This document shows positions 59,907 through 64,000 of a stretch of DNA of 64,000 nucleotides, one piece after another. A program made the position numbers and the translations under genes. This DNA is from Promethearchaeota archaeon. Lineage in GTDB: Archaea > Asgardarchaeota > Lokiarchaeia > Sigyniarchaeales > SOKP01. The stretch is from contig JBHLLU010000015.1 in assembly GCA_048938895.1 (NCBI GenBank), positions 17,055-81,054 on the forward strand. The letters are read 5' to 3'. The notes below the pieces were generated by a model that did not search any database, was not told the origin of the DNA, and worked only from the letters and a program-made list of their open reading frames with translations. Numbering within the stretch: the stretch's first letter is position 1; every line of letters starts with the position of its first letter.

Positions 59907-61874
59907 TTAAGTTGGTGAAAAGGTCTCAGTTAGTAATTCTTCGAGAGAAGGAATATCTTTTAACTGTACTTCTTGATGTAATTGATAACATTGGTTAAAA
60001 TTCTGCCATATAGTATCTATACCTTGCATTTTTTTGATAAAACTTTGGATTGTAGATTGAGCTAAGTACGTTTGCCCTTTAAATAAATAATAGACTAAAA
60101 AAGGTGGTACGGCTTTAATTATAAGGATATAATCACCAAATTTTACCCGATCAAGTCCTTCTGAGAGCATCTCATCGCTGAAGGAATTAAAAGCACTTAA
60201 AAACCCACTCCATAAGTGGTCTTGGAAGGAAAATTCTTCTTTAAATAACTTAGAAAAAATTGGTTTTCCGCCTTCCGAAGCTATCAAAAGTAAAATTGGT
60301 TCTTCTGATGTCACCTCTAAGACTTCTGATACTCGTTTGTAGATCATAGATTTCATTTGTTCATCTAATCGAGCTAACTCCATACGATCTTTCAATGAAT
60401 ATGTCGTTTCTTTTAAATTCTCCCACATATTTAATTGTCTCATAACCTCGTCATGTTCATTTGAAATTTTAATCGATAGTGATTTAATCCCATATCTTTC
60501 AGCAATTTGCTGACCTTGAGTTAATAATCTTCGTGCTTCTTTCAAATCTAAAGAAATTAAAGCCAACTTAGCTCGTAAAAGGTAAGTTTCTCCCAAAACC
60601 CAGTGTGAATTCGACTTTTCAGCGAGTTCTAATGACTTCCCGATAAATTTTTGAATCTCATCTAATAGCTCTACGTCATTAGTTATACGTAATTCTGTTA
60701 GAAGCAAATCACATAGATTAAGTGATGCTGTGTACATAGCTTCAAAGGCTAAATTCTCATTTTTAAGGACCTGTTTTAAGATTTTTTCTGCTTTAACCCG
60801 ATCAGGTGCTCTAAGACTTGTTTTCAATAATAAAGCCTTATCAATAAGATAAAATGAATCAATATATCTATTTTTTAATCTATCTTTCAATTGCTTCATA
60901 CCATGAAGTGAAATCTGTGCTTGCTTGAAATCACCTTTCTCTATTAAAATTTGAATCAAAAAATCGTAGTTATTCGCTAATGTGAATTGATATCCTAAAT
61001 CATGGTTCAGAGCCATAGATTCTTCAATATATTCTAATGCCTTATTTAGATCTCCTTTTTGCATATAGATTCCTGATAAATCATTAAATGCATCCGCCAG
61101 CTTTGGTTTGTTATTAAGTTTTTTAAATAATTCTATACTCTGTTCTAGTAATCGAGTACTACGTTCAATTTTACCTTGCAAGCCATATATCACTGATAAA
61201 TAATAGAGACTGTTAGCAATATAATAGCTTTTGTTGCTTTCTTTAGAAAGAGCTAAACTTCTCTTAGCATAATTTAAAGCAAGATTGAGTTCACCTTCAT
61301 CAAAACTTAGATGGAATGCTATCGCATAAAGAATACGGGCTATTTCGTGCTTATTTCCTTCCAATTCCTCTTGTAACATTAAACCATGTTTAAAATATTT
61401 TAGTGGCAGATCTATGTCATTTTCTTTTTGTATTATGCGGTAGTAATATCCCTTTCTAACAGATAATGAAGATTCTCTTTGTTTATAAAAATTGGTTAAT
61501 TTTTGGGGAATAGCCTTCATCATTTCATCTGCCTGCTTAATCAAGTCAAAGGTTTCATCAGATTTTCCAAGCAACAAAAAGGCACTCACCATCCAAATTA
61601 AACTGTCAATTTTTAAGAATTTATTTTCTAATCTTTCACTTTCTTTATAGGCTTGTTCAGTACGTTTTAAAAGCTTTTTGTACTTCCCTTGCCAATAGAG
61701 AATTTTAACTTGAAGTAAATGACAAGAGGCTTTATCATGATGAGTGAGTCCCTCTTTTTGTAGGAAATTATTCAAGAGAGAGAGTGCTTCATCAAGTTTC
61801 TCATCATCTATTAATTGTTCAGCTCGAATTATTTCTTCTGGCTTTTCTATTTCTATGAATTTTTCAACTTCCAC
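59907..61874 (-). CDS. TPR plus longin-like protein (paralog of 26755..28854, without zinc finger)
   Basis: Shared motifs KAL.LK.S.R..DR..AE..LK.V, EARR.LT..Q.IAE, IS.EHD, SEG.DR..FGDY, FKGQ.Y.A. Confidence 0.8.
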   Translation of the reverse strand: MEVEKFIEIEKPEEIIRAEQLIDDEKLDEALSLLNNFLQKEGLTHHDKASCHLLQVKILYWQGKYKKLLKRTEQAYKESERLENKFLKIDSLIWMVSAFLLLGKSDETFDLIKQADEMMKAIPQKLTNFYKQRESSLSVRKGYYYRIIQKENDIDLPLKYFKHGLMLQEELEGNKHEIARILYAIAFHLSFDEGELNLALNYAKRSLALSKESNKSYYIANSLYYLSVIYGLQGKIERSTRLLEQSIELFKKLNNKPKLADAFNDLSGIYMQKGDLNKALEYIEESMALNHDLGYQFTLANNYDFLIQILIEKGDFKQAQISLHGMKQLKDRLKNRYIDSFYLIDKALLLKTSLRAPDRVKAEKILKQVLKNENLAFEAMYTASLNLCDLLLTELRITNDVELLDEIQKFIGKSLELAEKSNSHWVLGETYLLRAKLALISLDLKEARRLLTQGQQIAERYGIKSLSIKISNEHDEVMRQLNMWENLKETTYSLKDRMELARLDEQMKSMIYKRVSEVLEVTSEEPILLLIASEGGKPIFSKLFKEEFSFQDHLWSGFLSAFNSFSDEMLSEGLDRVKFGDYILIIKAVPPFLVYYLFKGQTYLAQSTIQSFIKKMQGIDTIWQNFNQCYQLHQEVQLKDIPSLEELLTETFSPT

Positions 61875-62191
61875 TTTTGAACATCTCTTGATTAAAATCT
61901 ATAACAGAGATAAACACATTATGATTTTGCTCTATGTTATTAATGTATAGGATACTTATAAATATAAAGTTCTTTGAATAAATTGTTTTTTTGTTAGTTT
62001 TTTCACATGAATTTTCATTGAAATCGTTTAACAAATATGTCCTTAATCAACTGTTCAATTGGGGAACATTTTTTAATTCCACTACCTGATTTGCTTTACA
62101 GAATCTATTGAAGATGAATAAAGAAAAAAAAAATTTATAAGTTTTTACCAAATTACATAATGTAATTTTTAATTTATGGTGTACAAATCAA

Positions 62192-62749
62192 ATGAATGTT
62201 ATAGGTATTGTAGGTAGTCCTAGAGTAGAGGGGAATACCCAAAAATTAGTAGAGATTATTTTGAAAAGTAGCGCAGAAAATGGTGCAGAGACTAAAATAT
62301 TTAATATAAATGAAATGGATATGAAAGGATGTCAAAACTGTAATCATTGTAAAACAACTGATGAAGATTGTGCATTAAATGACGATATGAACAAATTATT
62401 TGAAGAAATTAAACAATCAAATGCTGTAATAATTGGGTCTCCTATATATTTTGGACAAATGTCAGCTCAATTAAAAATGTTTGTTGATCGTCATTATTCT
62501 CAAATAGGGGCAGGTTTTAAAAGCAAAATTGGAAAAAAAGATTCGGTGTTAGTTTTTACCCATGGTAATCCCAATATTGATCTATTTAAAAAATATATTG
62601 ATAACACGTCAAGGTTGTTTGGTCTTCTAGGCTATAATGTTAAAGAATTAATAATTGCCCCTGGAGTTCGTAGGATTGGGGCTATTAATCAAGAAGAGAA
62701 ATTGGTGCAAAAAGCAAAAGAAATAGGAGAACATTTAGTGCGGAATTAA
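62192..62749 (+). CDS. Iron-sulfur flavoprotein / multimeric flavodoxin
   Basis: GSPRVEGNT, CQNCNHC.....C..DDM, GSPIYFG...K.F.DR. Confidence 0.9.
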   Translation: MNVIGIVGSPRVEGNTQKLVEIILKSSAENGAETKIFNINEMDMKGCQNCNHCKTTDEDCALNDDMNKLFEEIKQSNAVIIGSPIYFGQMSAQLKMFVDRHYSQIGAGFKSKIGKKDSVLVFTHGNPNIDLFKKYIDNTSRLFGLLGYNVKELIIAPGVRRIGAINQEEKLVQKAKEIGEHLVRN

Positions 62750-62964
62750 GGTTTTCCTTATATAAATCCAACAATTGTTCAGTCTTAACTACAAAATCAC
62801 CGAAAAAACTAGTGGAGCTCTCATAAAAGGTAGAGAAATTAGAATAAAGCTTTTTAACCATTCTATCTTCCTATTACAAAAATTTAAAAAGTCAAAGGCT
62901 AGTTACAATCACTATTAATTTCCATTTCTTCTTTAATTCACCTGAGTTTGCATTACTTTTTCTT

Positions 62965-63582
62965 TTGTTTGGCTTACATCATATTCTTTCAAATGTGTTT
63001 ATTTATTTTTCCAGTGAGAAAAATAAAAGAGAATTTCATTACTTCTCCTACTTGAAAATAACTAGTATCTTCAATATCGTTCAAGTAGTTTTATTGATTA
63101 TTCTTCCCCAAATCTCATTAATTGGCCCTGCACCTCACTTTGAAGAGGTAATCTATATAGGTTATAATGTTTTTCGCAGCTTGATATTCTTTATACCTCG
63201 AATTTTTACATTTGGGATAATTTTTATTATAATTGGATTAAAATATAAAGAGCAAATTGACCAGTTTCTAATGTACTCTGGGATTTTTTGGACTATTTTC
63301 TCTACTTATGCAACTATCTGTCTCTATTCTCCTGAATTATTTAGTCCTTCTCTAAGTCAGATATTAGAGCTTATGGGGCTAATTAAAGATTTTAATATTT
63401 ATATGTCCATTCAGTTAGTATTGGGAATTGGCTCTATTGCTAATATTATAGCCTATATTTTTTTTCTGATTCACAGCTACATGAATCATGATAAAGATTT
63501 AAAAATCGCAGGATTTATATACATAATTGGACAATTATTGATGGGATTAGGGCTGATCCCCTATTATTTATTTAGATCGTAG
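62965..63582 (+). CDS. Multi-pass membrane hypothetical protein
   Basis: Five to six hydrophobic segments; start uncertain because the frame is open further upstream. Confidence 0.65.
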   Translation: MFGLHHILSNVFIYFSSEKNKREFHYFSYLKITSIFNIVQVVLLIILPQISLIGPAPHFEEVIYIGYNVFRSLIFFIPRIFTFGIIFIIIGLKYKEQIDQFLMYSGIFWTIFSTYATICLYSPELFSPSLSQILELMGLIKDFNIYMSIQLVLGIGSIANIIAYIFFLIHSYMNHDKDLKIAGFIYIIGQLLMGLGLIPYYLFRS

Positions 63583-63760
63583 TCTGTGTTTCATGGAAAA
63601 ACAAGGAAATTTGATAAATGAAGTTTCATAATCTCTTCTTTTCTTTTTACCCTCTTTGTCCTTAGGGTTTATAATGTTAATCAATATACTGATCTTGAAG
63701 CTCTTCAATATGGAAAGATAACTTACATAAAGATAAGAAACTATAAATAAGAATAAGGAA

Positions 63761-63832
63761 TGGACCTAGCGGGAATTGAACCCGCGGCCTTTCGCATGCC
63801 AAGCGAACGATCTTCCACTAATCCATAGGCCC
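63761..63832 (-). tRNA. tRNA-Ala(GGC)
   Basis: GGGCCTA/TAGGTCC-A acceptor stem with G3:U70; TTCGC-TT-GGC-AT-GCGAA anticodon arm; GCGGG-TTCAATT-CCCGC T arm. CCA not encoded. Confidence 0.96.
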
Positions 63833-64000
63833 ATTTAATGTTATAGATCAAAACATTCCCAAATAATTAAATTTTTGTATTTTAAGGTTAGAAACATGGA
63901 TTTATTCAAAATTAATATAATAAATTTGTTTAAAATTAAAATAATAAAAAAAAACTGTTTTCTAAATTAAAGGTTATTAGAACTTAAAGATTAAAAAAAT

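Noticed and set aside
2786-61950. Many 60-150 aa track ORFs nested in or antisense to long genes (for example 5190, 10719, 14106, 16009, 24560, 25820, 42052, 52619, 57220, 61744)
   Set aside because: They overlap well-supported genes and show no motifs; typical shadow ORFs.
63583-63760. Possible 46-aa minus-strand ORF downstream of tRNA-Ala
   Set aside because: Short, overlaps the end of the preceding gene, and has no motif or ribosome-binding signal.
58623-63832. Integrated element at tRNA-Ala (also considered for tRNA-Leu)
   Set aside because: No integrase, and I saw no duplicated tRNA 3' end (att site) in the window.
1-64000. CRISPR array, transposase or IS, rRNA, long tandem DNA repeats
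   Set aside because: None seen; intergenic regions are short and AT-rich without periodic repeats.

Overview
AT-rich, gene-dense archaeal chromosomal window, most likely from an Asgard archaeon (Lokiarchaeia-like). The assignment is inferred from two Rab-like small GTPases (one fused to a roadblock domain), several longin and roadblock proteins, a gelsolin-domain protein, a PAC2 proteasome chaperone, and an archaeal tRNA with a bulge-helix-bulge intron. Housekeeping genes (hisB, serA, purE, rpiA, dut, gatC, thiolase, ABC exporter pair, P1B ATPase) are mixed with signalling and accessory genes. I found no CRISPR array, transposase, integrase or rRNA. Best leads: (1) tandem 7TM-receptor-longin fusion genes near a roadblock-Rab fusion, a possible GPCR-analogous input to small GTPases; (2) an SDR-QueC fusion divergent from queD and DUF166, a possible new 7-deazaguanine branch; (3) a divergent cluster of two non-pyrrolysine MttB-family methyltransferases, a corrinoid protein and a methionine-gamma-lyase-like enzyme with an altered active-site motif; (4) a membrane subtilase with site-1-protease (MBTPS1)-like architecture; (5) a probable ATT start codon and an unusual C-terminal metal-binding domain in the Zn/Cd ATPase; (6) tRNA-Leu(CAG) with a non-canonical 32/33 intron; plus several small ORFs missed by the ORF track. 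All family assignments come from motifs recognised by eye, not from database searches.
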